From NCBI RefSeq assembly GCF_009914755.1, contig NC_060946.1: a DNA stretch of 64,000 nt, one strand, 5' to 3'. The DNA comes from the human T2T-CHM13v2.0 reference genome, Homo sapiens. Every line of letters begins with the position of its first letter. Position 1 is the first letter of the stretch. The translations under genes were made by a program, and so were the position numbers. Below the pieces are notes generated by a model that was not told the DNA's origin, searched no databases, and saw nothing but the letters and a program-made list of their open reading frames with translations. Below are positions 13,053-27,809 of this stretch, piece by piece.

Positions 13053-13317
13053 TTTTTTTTTTTTTTTTTTTTTCAACATAATCTCAGCTCACTGCAACAT
13101 TGACCTCCCAGGCTCAAGTGATCCTCCCACCTCAACCTCCGGACTGGCTGGGACTACAAGCATGTGCCACCATGCCTGGCTAATTTTTGTGTCTTTTGTA
13201 GAGATGGGGGTTCGCCATGTTGCCCAGGCTGGTCTCGAACTCCTGACTTCAAGTAATCCAGCCACCTCAGCCTCCCAAAGTGCTAGGATTACAGGCATGA
13301 GCCACCACACCCAGCCC
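13053..13317 (-). mobile_element. AluJ-like, internally deleted
   Basis: Antisense Alu flanked by TSD aggaggagc (13044 and 13318). Confidence 0.9.
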
Positions 13318-15220
13318 AGGAGGAGCTTTTTAACTCTACAATTGTCAGTTGTCAAAATTTTGAGATGGGCTACCTTGTGAGTTAGTGAGCTTGTCTTCAC
13401 TGCAGGTATTTGAACACAGAGGAGCTTCACAAAAACTCTATAAAGACTCTCAAAGCAAATTAGCACTACTGAGTTAATCTGGATTTCAAAAGGAACTATT
13501 TTGCTTCAAGGGGAATTGAGCTCATAATCTGTATTTGTGATAGTCATAAACTTAGCCTAAGGCTGACAGATCCTTTAAGTCAAAGTCTCAAATCTGAATC
13601 TATCTAGAAAATTTCTATAGTGATTTTATTATCTCTATTAACACCTCTTTCCCCATCTGAACAGTCTTTATCACTGCCAGTAGGTGGACTGTGTGTTTCT
13701 GAGGCAGTGTGTATGTGAGACAACAGAGAAGTTTCTGGGCCTGTGCCCTTGGCTGGGCACACACGGAAGGAGATCTGTTACCAAGGGAATCTGAGAACTG
13801 TGAAAATGTGAACTATCTGATTTTACACAGCAGAGCTCAAATATGCAACCAGCTATCAATATTGGAGTGTATTCAGTTCTATCTACTGAATGATTTATTA
13901 GAAGGAAAGAAATCTTTTCTCTATTCATTTTGGTTCTTAATTGTAATGGGATGAATAAACACAAGTGCATCAAGGAGCTGACACTTTAGTGAAAAGAATG
14001 AAAACAGGCCCCATGCTGGGATGCCTGAGCTGTTCTAGACCAGCCATTCCCTCACTCTGACTGTGCTTGGTTCATCAGTGTGATCACAAAGATTAGATGA
14101 TGATAGTTGGAAACTGAGACATTATTAAATAAAAAGTTATGTAGGGGAAATTTGAATTTGGCTGTTTGGGGTTTTTCTGTCTTTACAGAAATTTGGTCTA
14201 GCTGGAAAGACATGGGTTAGGTTCATGATTGCCGCCAGCCTTTGAAGCCAGGCACCGAAACCACACCTTCATTTCCCCTCTTGCAGGTCCCTCTGCTGTC
14301 TGGGTCCTTTCATTCTCCAGCTCACCTCTTCCAGGAAGAGGCTGGAAATGTTCATCAGTATCAAAGTTGCATTCACATGAGTTCAGAGTTGTGTGTGTGT
14401 TCTTAAAATTCCACTAACCATTAGAGCCAACTTTAATGTATCTTAAAATTGTCAATTTATGGTTTCAAACCCAACAGTATTGGATATTTAGGGACTTCCA
14501 CAAAATATTATAATAAAATAATTCTCAGTTATAATCATCATCATTTAGAAAGAGGTCCCAAATAATAAAATGAAACTGAACACACTATGCATGTAAGAGT
14601 TAAGTCAAGGTCTGCTACAATGTAGGATTCTAGATTCTGTACAAGCGAGAAAATGCCTAAATGTATCCCCTTTAGACATTTTTAGTTTGTTTAAAGGAAA
14701 AAAAGGTAATATTTTCAGTGTGACTGTGTGATTTGTGTACTGAGGTCATGGCTGAGACTTGATACATAATTTCCAGTTTTGATAGAGAAGGAGGACACCC
14801 TTGTCTTAGTTAAAAAGAAAAAAGCTTTTATTAATGGGCCCTTGGGTTATCCATTGGTAAAGTCAAATTCCTATTTAGAAATGGCAAGACTTGAGGTCCT
14901 AAGGAGCTAATCTGCTCATATAATATCCCCTTGGGTGCACAATATCTCTGCAATTAGAGTTTTGCCGTCTGGGAGGAGCAAACTCAGTCTTACAGTAGGT
15001 GGTGGCTCACAGGTACCACTGGCTATGTGTAAACTATTCCTTTGCAACCTGGCTGGAAGTTGCACATGAGATTTGCTCAATAGAGGATGTTGAGAAAGGG
15101 ATTGGCCAGCGTTTCTGGTAATAGGCTGATTTACTCAGCTTCAGGGCTTTTTTCTGTGTTATAATTCCATCATGTTATCCCAGATCCTTTAGTAGTAAAG
15201 TAGTAAAGTCTCATTAAACT

Positions 15221-15609
<389 letters not shown>

Positions 15610-16080
15610 TGAGATAGCCAGAAACATCTATGGGGCACTAGTGGAGCATTCCTTGGGGTCTCAGACACTTAGAAACCTGGTATAAGAGTGGATTTTAAGG
15701 GGTTGTTGTTTGGGTATTTCAGGACTCCTGAAGGCTGGTGAAGTCTGGAGCATCTAGGTTCCATATGGGTAATTACTAATTGGCTCTAGGGTAAGCAAGC
15801 AAAGTTAGTTTTTCATCTTCCTTTTAGCAAGGTAGTGAAGAAAAAGCCTAGGCTGCTAGATTCAAAACCTCTCATTTTCTAGATAAGATATTTCATCTCT
15901 CTAGCCCCCAGTTTATTCGATCTATAAAATCTGAATAATAATTACACCTATTTCATACTTTTGTGAGATTTAAGCAAGCGGATTCAAGTAAACTGCCCTG
16001 CACACATATAGTCACTACTCATCGTGATGGCTGCTTTTTAACTCTTAGCGTGTCCACTTTGTCTCCAGGAACTTAGGATT

Positions 16081-16372
16081 CCTTCTTTCTTCCCCTTCCC
16101 TTCCCTTCCTTTCCCTTCCCTTCCCTTTTTCTCTTCCCTTCTTCCCTTCCTTTCCCCCCTTCCCTTCTTCCCTTCTCTTCCCTTCTTCCCTTCCCTTCTT
16201 CCCTTCCCTTTCCCTTTCCCTTCCTTCCCTTTCCCTTTCCCTTTCCCTTCCCTCTCCTCTCCTCTCCTCTCCTCTCCTCTCCTCTCCTCTCCTCTCCTCT
16301 CCTCTCCTCCCCTCTCCTCCCCTAACCTACCCTACCCTACCCTACCCTCCCTCCCTCTCTTCTCTTCTCTTT
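16081..16372. repeat. Compound polypyrimidine repeat (CCCTT)n/(CTCCT)n/(CCCTA)n
   Basis: Directly visible; abuts the tail of an antisense Alu. Confidence 0.92.
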
Positions 16373-16629
16373 TTGACAAGGTTTCATTCTATCACCCAGG
16401 CTGGAGTGCAGTGGAGCCTCAACTTCCCAGGCTCAAGCAATTCTCCCACCTCAGCCTCCTCCTAAGTAGCTGGGACTACACACATGTGCTACTATGCTTG
16501 GCTAATTTTTGTGTTTTTTGTAGAGACGGGGTTTTGCCACGTTGCCCAGGCTGGTCTTGAACTCCTGGGCTCAAGCTATCTGCCCACCAAAAGTGCTGGG
16601 ATTACAGGTGTGAGCCACTGCACCTGGCC
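16373..16629 (-). mobile_element. AluJ-like with deletions
   Basis: Antisense Alu sequence. Confidence 0.9.
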
Positions 16630-17389
16630 TCAGGAGTTTGGATTTCTATGCTGCTTTTTGCCTACCCAGAGCTCCTACATCAACAGCCTGTGCAAGCCTG
16701 GGGCCAGCACTTGAACCATGCTTCCAATTGCCTCTGTTCTCAGAACCCTCCCCACTCCTTTCCCTAAATCGAAACTCCCTTTCCATCAAGATAGTTCAAT
16801 GGGAGAGAAGCATCAGACGAAGCTTAATATGCTGCCCTCCCACATTTGCATTTTAAAACAGAAGCTTGTTAATTAGAAAAATGAATCTCACCTAGGGATT
16901 GTGATATGAGAACAGACTGAATAAACAAGGAAGAAGAAAGTTTAAAGGGAACTTTGTAGCTGTCTTTAAATTTATGAAAGTCTGTCATAAAATGCAGGTA
17001 ACCACAGACACATTCTGTGTTGTTCCAAAGCGTAGAACATAGACCCAATGGGAGGACATCCCAGGGATGCGGATTTGGCCTCAACCTATTAAAGAATTTT
17101 CCCCCAATGCTCTAGCAAATTGCCTGGCACATGGAAGGCAATCAACATTTGACTGTTTTTGATAGCAATGAAAACTGTCAGATGGTGACTGCTTCTGGCT
17201 GTAATGAGTTCCTTATCACCGGAAGTGTTCAAGACTAGTTGTGCAAGATGTCCATTCGGATAAGAATTGAACCAACTGAATACTGTAGTCTCTTCTAGCT
17301 ATAAAACTCAGTGACACTTCTATAAATAGTTGAATTTCAATGGAGATTTTAGAGCAAAGGAACATTTTATCAATCCTTTTTCCAAAAGG

Positions 17390-17660
17390 CAGCAAAGTGG
17401 TTAAAACTGAGGGTTCTGGAGTTAGACGTTATCTGGGTTCAAACCCTGGTCACCCTACTTACTAGCTGTATGACTCTGTTCGACAATTTTAATGTTTTAC
17501 TTGCTATCTCTGTACATCAGCTTCCTTATCTGTGAAATGGGGGCAATAGTAGTGTCTTTCTCACAGAGCTATTGTGAGAGCTCAATGAGTTAATACAGGA
17601 AAAGCACTTAGAAGAATAGCTGGCACATAGAAAGTTAATGTTCAATAAACATTAGTTATG
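17390..17660 (+). mobile_element. MIR SINE
   Basis: ctgggttcaaaccctgg...ccttatctgtgaaatggggg...aaagcacttagaa. Confidence 0.75.
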
Positions 17661-17969
17661 AGGTATCATCTGATACCCTTGCCACTTCTACAGCTTTTTA
17701 CGTCTTTTCAGTATGTGGAGGGAGGTCCTTTGTAGCATAATTGACCCTGACCTTGTTTTTTCCTAAATCAGATGCCAGCCATGGCCACTGTGATTAACCA
17801 GTGGACTTTCTATCTCCTAAAAGCAAGCTTTAAAGCTAAACAAGCGACAGGGCTGGTGACGTGCAGTTTATGAAGGATCTGCCAATGAAACACAATCATG
17901 GCTGTGGACACCCTAACCCTGCTATGTGCCTGACAAGTGATAGATAACCAGTAAATATTTGTTGAATGA

Positions 17970-18112
17970 GCTGGGTGCAGTGGTGTGTGTCTGTTGTCCC
18001 AGCTACTCAGGAGGCTGAGGCGGGAGGATTGCTTGAGCCCAAGAGTTTGAGACCAGCCTGGGTAACACAGCAAGATTCCATCTTTAAAAAATAAACAAAT
18101 AAACAAAAATAA
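17970..18112 (+). mobile_element. FLAM (Alu monomer)
   Basis: Single Alu monomer with A-rich tail; flanks share tgttgaatga. Confidence 0.85.
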
Positions 18113-21100
18113 AATATGTGTTGAATGAATAGATTAACTCGGTAGGGTTTTATTATTTTTATTTATTTATTTTTGATCAGGTAATACATTCACATGATTT
18201 AAAATTCAAAAGGAACAAAAGGATATATAAAGAAAAACCTCCCTCCCACCCAGTCCCTCAGCCATCCAGTTTCCTTCCCCATAGGGAACTAACATAAACA
18301 CTTTCTCATATGTCTTTCCAGAGCTATTTTAGGCATAAACAAGCAAACATACTTGCTTACGCACATTTATTTCTTTCCCTCCCTTTTAAACAAATGGCTC
18401 ATATACTGTTCTAGGCATGATTATTGAAGTAGCCCCAGAAATGGGAGTGAGCATGGGTACGCCAAGGAGGAATTAAAAAAGAAAGAGCTCAGGGACAGAA
18501 AAATCAACCAGGAGACTATTGCATTAATACAGATGTAAGGCGATTAGAGCCTGGACTAGTATATTAAATGGGATAATCAGGGAAAGAATTGTTTGAATGT
18601 TTTTTAACTTACACTGGGGTAACCACTATATAGAGTATTTCTGTCACCCCAGAAGTTCCCTTGTGTCCCTTTGCCGCCAGCCCACCCTCCCCAGGCCCAG
18701 GCACCAACTCCTCTGCTTTGTCAGAGTTTTTCAGCTTTCGTGTTACAGGCCTGCATGCCCGTGGTGGGACCTCCACTCAGCAGAGTTAATCACAATACCA
18801 GTCAACATCAGTGGCACTTACTCCAGGCCAGACACTCCATTAAGCACCTACATGTGCTCATTCATTTAATCCTCTTCACCAACTGAAGCAGGTACTGCTT
18901 TTATCTCAATTTCTGATAAGATATCTAAGATACAGAGAAGTTAAATCACTTGCTGAAGGTCACACAGTTAGTACATAGCAAAGTCAGAATTTTGAACTCA
19001 GAACAATCGGCTTCCAGTGATCATATGTAAAAATAATATAAGAAAATATTCAGACCCCCACAGAAAGAGTTCATTGCTATTCATCGAGATTCAGAGGGAA
19101 GACCAATCCTTAGTAGGTTGATATAGAAGGAAGTTGTCCAGAAGCCTTCAAGTGTACTTTTAACTTGTCAGTTAAAAGAAAGCCAGTAGCCTTACTTCAT
19201 AGGCATTAGCCAGTGGGCAGAATTTCACTTCATTCCCCTGCCTTCAATGTGCACAACCCCATGATGTTTTCTTCTAAGAAATTATAACATTTAGAACTAT
19301 CTCTGTATGTTAAAGAATTGGTGTGGTCAGGGCATTACTGAGAATGACAAGTATCTCTCCCTATCTGTGGGTCCCAGAATATGCATGTCATTCTGAAACC
19401 ACAAGGAATGCGGTTAAATCCTCTGGTCGCATCTCTCAACAAAGATTTAGCTGTTTCACTGTTGCCTCCAAAGAGCTTTTTTCCTGGACTAAGATGTTAA
19501 TTCACAGTGATGTCTACTAATGGGTCTTCCATAAAGAGGAGTCTATTAAAGGAATTAATTACATTACATGTTCAGAAACTTCCCAGCGTAATGAAATGAC
19601 TCTCTAGCTGAAATAGTATGAGAAGGAAACCATTGAACTAAATCATAATGGAGACAAGTTTCCATAAAGTGAAATGCAAGTTTGCTAATATAACTGTAGA
19701 CTATGAGAAACAGAACAGTGAAAATGCTAATAATGAAACTTTTCACTCACTGATGGAGTTTTATTAAATATAGATCATCTTTTTCCAAACATTTCAAGTT
19801 ACTTATCATCTTCTATTTGAGGCCTAAGTTTGCCACTTATTAACATTGTCAATTAACCTTAAAATGCTATTTTAATGTTTTGGTTTTTTTTTAAACAAGA
19901 AAATAGTTGTCCTCAGTCAACATAGAATAAAAGAAAATAGACTCAGGTTGCATTCGATGGCATTCAAATTCCAGAGGAGGTGGTAGAACGATCTATTCTG
20001 GAAATCTAGGTTGGTTTTGACACCGTGCTGCCTAAAGCCTGGGGAGTAGATTAGATGACTTTCTGCTCTCTTATTCCACAGTATGGTCCATTTTCACACT
20101 GCAAATCTACAGAAATGATAATAGCAGAAGAAAAAGATAACAGCAGGTTAAGTGTGGTGCTAGGGATTGTGCTGGCAACTGGCAAACCACCAATTCATTG
20201 GTTTCTAGGTAGATATGGGACAGTGGTGCAAGGCAGGGTAACATGGAATATTCATTACAGTCAAAGTCTGGATTGTAATCTTAATCTTGGTTCTCCCTTT
20301 ATTTCTGGACAAGTCTCTTAGTTCTCTATTCCACTGTTTCTTTAGTTGCAAAATGTGGATAGTGAACCTGTCTTTCCACCTAGGGTTTTTAACAACCAGG
20401 AGATAGAAGCAGTGGGTTATGACAGTCTACTCTAAATCTGGCACAGTACCTGTGATCCCTCTGCCTGGGCTCTGGGATAGTTTGGAGGAGGAATGGAGGG
20501 TTCCCTTGAGGGACCAGCCCATTCATCATCAGTGGTTCTAGAGAGATCCTGATCCCAGGAACCAGGAGAGCCTGGACCAGTTCTCTGGCCCCTCCTCCAG
20601 GCATTTGGGTTACTGTCGAGCAAAAGCGAGCTTCGTCGGAACCTAGTTTATGCTTAACTGAAACTTGGGCATTAGTCAGAAACAACTCAGCCTTCAAAAT
20701 GAGGCCCACAGGGAAGCTGTTTTTATTAATGAAACTCATTTATGATTATAGTATATAAAGCAATCATTTGCATGCTATGAACTGTTTAAGAGATTATGGT
20801 GATGATACAATGTGTAGAGAGGTAGAAAAGTTACAGAGTTTACAAGACGATAAACCACCTTTCAATAACTTACTATTGTTTAGATTTCAAGTGCTTCTTA
20901 AAATGGATAAGCTAAATAAACTCTAACATAGTTCTAGCTAAAAGTCATTAGTCTAACAGTTCTGGTGGAAACTGTTAAACCAATTCTGCAACCAAAAAGA
21001 TAAACAGCTAAAAACTGCCAGGTATCAGTATTATTGTAATATTCCCTTTATCAAAAACCTATAACTGAAATTTATAGGTAAGAGTTTACAGTAAGCAGCA

Positions 21101-22479
21101 GGTACCTGGAAACTTGTCAGTTAAGGTTTCCCTTTATAGAAGAACCTCTGCTGTAAGCTTTTCAGCCCTCTAAAGCCAGTAAAATTAAAAAAAAATAAAT
21201 AAAAAGAGCTTTCACTATTAGTTTCTAAGGAAATTATATAAAGGTCATAATACTAAGAGAAAAGCTTTAAATTGTCATTTCCAATAGGACATAAGCCTCC
21301 TAAGAAAAAAACAACCTTGTGTGTTTTTCTTGGGGGGGAGGCATATATAAATAACAATCAAAAATCTTTTTCTTTCTTGATTTAATTTTAAAGGTGATAG
21401 TTAACTAAATCACTTTAAAATGACTTCCTGCTGCTCCCCCAACCTCCTCAAAATTAAGAATACAACAAATATTTGCATAGGTTTATTATTCACATTTAAT
21501 CATGAATAATTCACTTTGTACAGACAGCTGGGTAAACAAGAGATTTGGAGTTTCCTTTTTCTAGAATATTTTTCCATTGGCTGAAAGGAAACAGCATCAG
21601 TGGTGATTTTATATGATTTTCAGTGCCATCTTGTTTTCTCTCCTCTGGATAGGAGACCCCTCCTCCCTCCCTCCTTCTGTCCTTTTTTTTTTTTTTTTCT
21701 GTTTACTTATTTCTGCCAGCTTTTGGGCTACACCTCATCAACATAACATTTTTCATTACAAAATGAAAAAATAGCTCAATCATTCAGTTTTTTATTCTGC
21801 AAGACAACATAAAGTGTTTGTTTCTCACTTTCCACAATATTAGAGTTTTTTTAAACTGTGGGTTTGCTTTTGTGTGAAGACCCTCTTACTGATGGGAAAA
21901 TATCTTTCAGAACTAATTCTGCCTCATCATTACCTCCTCCATCTTTTCCTATCAGCCATTAACAATTTCACAATTATTTGACTGTCTGCCACAAAGTTGG
22001 TTCTCATTTCCCTCTGCACCTCCCAGGCCTACGTGAGGAAGTGGAGCACGTATCACTGAACATAGGTTTACCCAAGGCTATCAACTCTTGGGCAAGGGGG
22101 GCATAATTTACCAAAGGTCAAGGATCCTTTCAGTTCTGTGAACGTCATTAATCAAATTGCGATAGTATAACCTGTGGTTTAGGAGACAATAAGGCTTGCC
22201 ATAATTCATCTACGACCAAAGAAGGGGTTGGGGGTGGGGGGGTCATCGTATATCTTTGGGAAATCCCTGCATTTTGTCATGGCCTCTGGGAAGTAAGAAT
22301 TTTCGACACCCACCAAATGTCAAGCATCCACTCTAACTACGTTAGTTGAGGACAAACATTGGCTTTGGGATGTATGTGCCCTCTATTCAGCAACACATAT
22401 AATAAAATGTGAATGTCGTAGAATGGCAAGTAGCATTCTAGAGAAAATTAACCATACTTTGACTAAATTAAAAATTAAT

Positions 22480-22735
22480 GCTTTCTTCATTTAACACTTA
22501 GGGTTTACTGTATGCTAGATGTGTTCTAACCATGTCATACATATTAACTCTTTAATTCCCATAACAACCCTTTGAGATAGGTACAATCCTTATCCCCATT
22601 TTACAGATATGGAAACTGAGGCACAGAGAAATTAAGTAATTTGCTTAATGTCACCACAGGAAGTGGTAAAGGTAGGATTTGAACCAGGCAGTCTGACTCC
22701 AAAGTCTGTGCTTTTAACCACCATGCTTTGCTATG
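22480..22735 (-). mobile_element. MIR SINE
   Basis: atccccattttacagatatggaaactgaggcacagagaaattaagtaatttgc. Confidence 0.85.
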
Positions 22736-22823
22736 AGTATAATATCTGCTTATGGCAAAATAAGAAAAGCACAAAGAAGAAAAAAATTACCCATAGTCCC
22801 ACTCCTTACTTTAGTATATTTCC

Positions 22824-22825
<2 letters not shown>

Positions 22826-22857
<32 letters not shown>
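22826..22857. repeat. (TG)16 microsatellite
   Basis: Directly visible. Confidence 0.95.
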
Positions 22858-22860
<3 letters not shown>

Positions 22861-24163
22861 TTTTTTCCGTTTTTTTCAATTAACTATGCTTTGTGAATAT
22901 TCTCTCATAGAAGATACTGATTTGATTGAACATTCAGATCATTTTCTTAGTCTACTGTGTTAAGTACTGGCCCAGCTAAGTTTGGAAGCACTTATGATTG
23001 GTGGAATGGAGTGGGGTAGAGGACTGCTGATTTAGCAGATGCATTATTTCCCCAAGCCAAAGAGCTGCCCTGAAAATGGGCCAAATATAATTTCTTTTAA
23101 GCAACCTGAAAAAAGTGTTTCAGCCTAGAGACATACTGTGACTTTTTCCTTCAAAGCATTTCATTTACGTTCACTTTATAAAGTTCAGTTTTCTTAGGGG
23201 CAAGGTAGCAGGGGCAGTGGGGGCGGTGTGGGGGAGCCGCTGTGAGTCTTAATGCAAAGAGGAATGTAGGCTAGTCAACAGGAAACCCAAAGTGCTTGAT
23301 ACAGCACAGTGACCTCTAATTGTACCTTGGCATGGCTGCTTTCTCTTTCTTTGATAGGTGTTGCAAAAATATAATAAATATAATAATATATCTTTTTTAA
23401 AAAAAACATTTTTCTGGTAAACAAAACTGTTGTTATATGCCAAGACAATAAGCATCTCTGAAGCCAAGACAGTAGTGGTCATTGCTATGGCCAGCTACAG
23501 CTTTTGGCCAAGTCACATGCCATCCTGTCAACAGCCAAAGAGGTAAACAGCATAGATATGTGCTGACCTAACCTCAAAAACTCTTGGGAGCACAAGGAAA
23601 TTGGCTTGAAAAGACTCTCTCTTTTTCCTCCTTGTTAATTGAATTTCTGTCTCTAATTAAAGAGACAAAAACAGAAAACAGTATTCAAAAGGGAAAGTCA
23701 AAGAATAATCCCCATCTCTGGAGAAAAAAAAAATCATTGAATCATCAGAAATATGGCTGCATTGATTCTCACTCTTTCCCTGAGCTGTTTACCCATTTTC
23801 AGGTGAGGAAGTGAAGAGGAGGGCCAAGGGCCAACTTTTTCAAAGGGCCCTCTCTGGGAATTACTTTTGTATGTACATAAATTTCCACAATAAGTATCTT
23901 CTGAAGTTTTCATGCAACTGAGTTGTTCTTTCAAACTTCTTATCCAATGTTCTAACTTGAATTGTGCTACCAGAAAATCAGGTGTATCTTAATTGCTAAG
24001 TCAAAGTTGGCTTCTTTTGGAAACCAAAACTCACTAACTTGAGCCCCTAAACTCACCCCACCTCCTTATTTTTTCCTTTAAAATACCTTTTTCCCCACTT
24101 CCTACAGTCACTAGTCTTAGGTCCCCTTGTAACCATTGCAGGCAGCTGCTGTTCGAAATTTTA

Positions 24164-24440
<277 letters not shown>

Positions 24441-27400
24441 GTTTTTTTCATTAACCCGAAAACTAAGGTCAAATCTCTTTCTGTTTCCAGTGTTTTGAAA
24501 ACTAGTTCTAATTCTTTCTGTCTGAGTCTTCGCTTCTAGTCTTGGGGGAATGACAAGGCATTGGGACAGGAAACTAATAAGCCCTTCCAACCAACAGCCT
24601 ATTAGCTGTTGAAGGTTACCACTTCATCCAGATTCCAAAGAGATCCTTCAAGGAAGGATCTGGGGACCAGTGAGTACCTAGGAGCAGACTAGCAATCTTT
24701 CTCCAGAGAAGGCTTTAGTAGGTAGTAACTACAACTCACCCTAATATGTTATATTAGAGCTCACCACTTACAGAGGACTTACAAAGGGTTTCTGATGCGT
24801 ATAATTGCATTGAAGTTTCACCATTATCTCCTGGGGGTGGGGGATGGGTGGGTAGTGACTATTGTACATAGCCTGTGTTGGCTGCCCCATATCTCACAGT
24901 TTATGGAGGACCTGATCTGAGTGCACCTGTACCACGTACATGGCACGTGTACCATGGCCTTGCTCCCTCCTTGCCCTGAGTCTTCCTCCTTCATTCCTTG
25001 CCCAGCTCAGCTATAGTGTCTTATATTTCAGTCAAAAGCTGTCTTTCTCCAAGACATACTGATCAGTTAGCTTAAGCTGTGAACGTTTGGTTTTGGTGTC
25101 CCCCTACCCAAAGAGGAGTCTTCAGGGCTCCTCTCCTGACACCCTGCTGCCTGCTGTTCCTGTGCTCTCACACCATGCCTCCCATCTCCCAGGACTCCCT
25201 GAGGCCACACCCCACCCAGGCCTGCTGTCTTGGAAAACCACTCATGACTTGAGCTTGAACCTTTTCTCCCACAATTAAACTCACTTGCCCTACGTCTCCT
25301 CTCTCTAAGTCCTACTAGGGGTCCAATTTGTGCTAAGAGACTACTAGCTGGCAATGGTATACTATTCTAATACCCCAGTCCTCTCAGGACCACTTATTAG
25401 CCATGTGGGCTTGGGTGAGCAATTCAGCACCCCCTGAGATTCACCTGTGAAATGGGGATAATCATTCTTTACAAGTGAGGACCAAGTGAAATAATTTGGA
25501 ATGCTATATACATATCACCTGAATTCCTTCTCGCCCCTCAACCCTCTCTTTCTCTACTAAAGTAATTTCAGGGCAACATCTTCTCCTGCCTGGATTACTG
25601 CAGCAGCCTCCAGACCACAAAATTTTCTCTGCAGTTCAAGTACATTTCATTTACCATCTTGCAGATGGTAAGACATGTTTACAAGTCAGCTGGCTTCTGA
25701 ATGTGTCTTCTGGGCATTGAATTCCCCCAACTACTTTCATCTTATAGCTTCAGCCACTATCCCTAGCACGGTTATCTCTTGCAGTTACTGGTGTAACTTT
25801 CGATGGCACTATGAAGTCCCCATTGGCACCTGTTTATGCCTCTCGGCCAAACCCCTGCTAAGGGGGTGACAGGGGCAGCATGCTCCAGTAAGGTTGAAGC
25901 ACTCTTCTCATGGAGGCTCACCCAAGAGGGAAAGAAAAGCAGAAGGAAATGAGGGAAGGAAAGGTGGAGGCTAGAAAGACACTTTGGAAACTGTGAAAGT
26001 GGCCCTGAGCTCACATGAAATGCAAGCCAGCAAAAGTGTTGAGATTGGAAACTTTAATGTGGCCCTTTTGAGAGAACAGCTGTAGCACTGCAATTTCCTA
26101 GAAATCTGGATGGACACATTTAAAGAGAGTGAAGCACTGAATGGAAATAACTAGAAAAGAGGCTTCCTCCTGAGCTCTGAATGTCCTATCGTGGAGGAGT
26201 TACAAGAAAGAGCAAAGCTAATAGCCAACTGAAAACCCACATGTTGTACATTTAAGGTGATAGCTGGGAACCCAGATTCTATTTTTAGTCAAAAAAGTGG
26301 GGGGAACATGCATGAATTGCTATGAGCAAGAAAGGCCAGCAAGGAAAGAGAGAGAAACAAGGGAGGAGAGGCCAGTGCCAGCTTTCAGGACTGACATTAT
26401 GGTGATTTTTCTTTCCCTGCTCTGAGAAGTTGATCTGGTGGTCCTAAGTTCCTGGCATTGGGCAATTTTCCAAAAGTTTGGAGAAGTTACTCATGAAGAA
26501 GAAGCCAACTCCAGACAGCTCGTCGGGAAATGTGGAGAGTCAGTGCCTGGGTGGTTTTCATACTAATCCAGGATTTATTAAAGCTCAGAAAGCAAGCAGC
26601 AGAGAAGGTTTTTATAATGAGACATTTTGCAAATAGAGTCATCAGCATTTTTTGATAGGAAAGAAAGTTTCTCTCTGAAACTTTCTGAAGGAGGTGGCTG
26701 GCTTGGGAGGATGGGAAGAGGAGGGGGGCTCCTTCTATGAGTGCTGTGGCAGGTGGGGGACTCCAGCAGTGGGAGACTCATTCCTTTCTCAGTCCCCTCC
26801 CCTTCAGGGTACAAAGTTTTTATTTGCAGTTGGGAGGAATTAGAGTCAATGATCTAATAGAGCTAACTTTTTCCTCTCAATATGGTATGATGTGGCATTG
26901 GTAGCTCTGCCAGATACTGATGCTACCAAGGGAACTTCAGTGCAGGTGGACTTCACGTTATTACATTGACTTATTCTTCCAAAGTTACATAGAAACTAAA
27001 TTGTTTTAAATCTACACAAGTAGTTAAAGAAGCCCTACTGGAAATCTTTTGTAAATCTAAATATGCATCTGAAAGGCGAGTAAACACTTCCAAAAATATT
27101 TTGCTTGTAGCTCTGAATTTTGATTTGTCTCCTTTGCTGCCGGAACATTCAAGATGTATAAATGTTGTGGTGTAGATTAATCATCTGTCCATACCCACCT
27201 TGATTTTCCAGAATTTTATATTAAGCAGATTGGTTTCCCATCATGTAAAAAAAAAATCCAATAATTCTGCAGCTTCTTTGGGACTTTATAATTTTTTACT
27301 TAAAACAACAACCAAAAAATTTTGTTATTTCCAAACACACTAGAAGACCACATCATCTAGCCCTTGAGCACAGCATTGGCCAAAGTTTGAATGAGGGGCT

Positions 27401-27809
27401 AGGCCCTGAGCATAAGTTGATGCTGATTGTCAGTGGTCAACTCAATGTACATACCTTCTTGGGAATGGGTTCTGTGCAAGGCACTGGCTGGGTCCGATGA
27501 AAGGAAGTCCTGAACTGTTCAGGCAGCCCATCTGATGCAGCAGCAATAAGCCCTGAAGAGGAATAGGGTTAACAAATACCAACAGTTTAACGTATACCTC
27601 AGAGCAGAGAGAGAGGTCTAGCATGGTGAGGGAAAGTTTCAAGGAGGGAGTGAATTTTGAGCTGGATCTTGAGGGGAGGTCAGGGTTTGTATACATAGAG
27701 TCAGGCAGGAAGAGCATCTCCTACTAAGAGGAACAGAGGAGTGACTGCTCAGAGGTGTGAGGATTGAAGGGGGTTTGGTGATAGAAAATGGACCAGTGTG
27801 GCAGGATTT

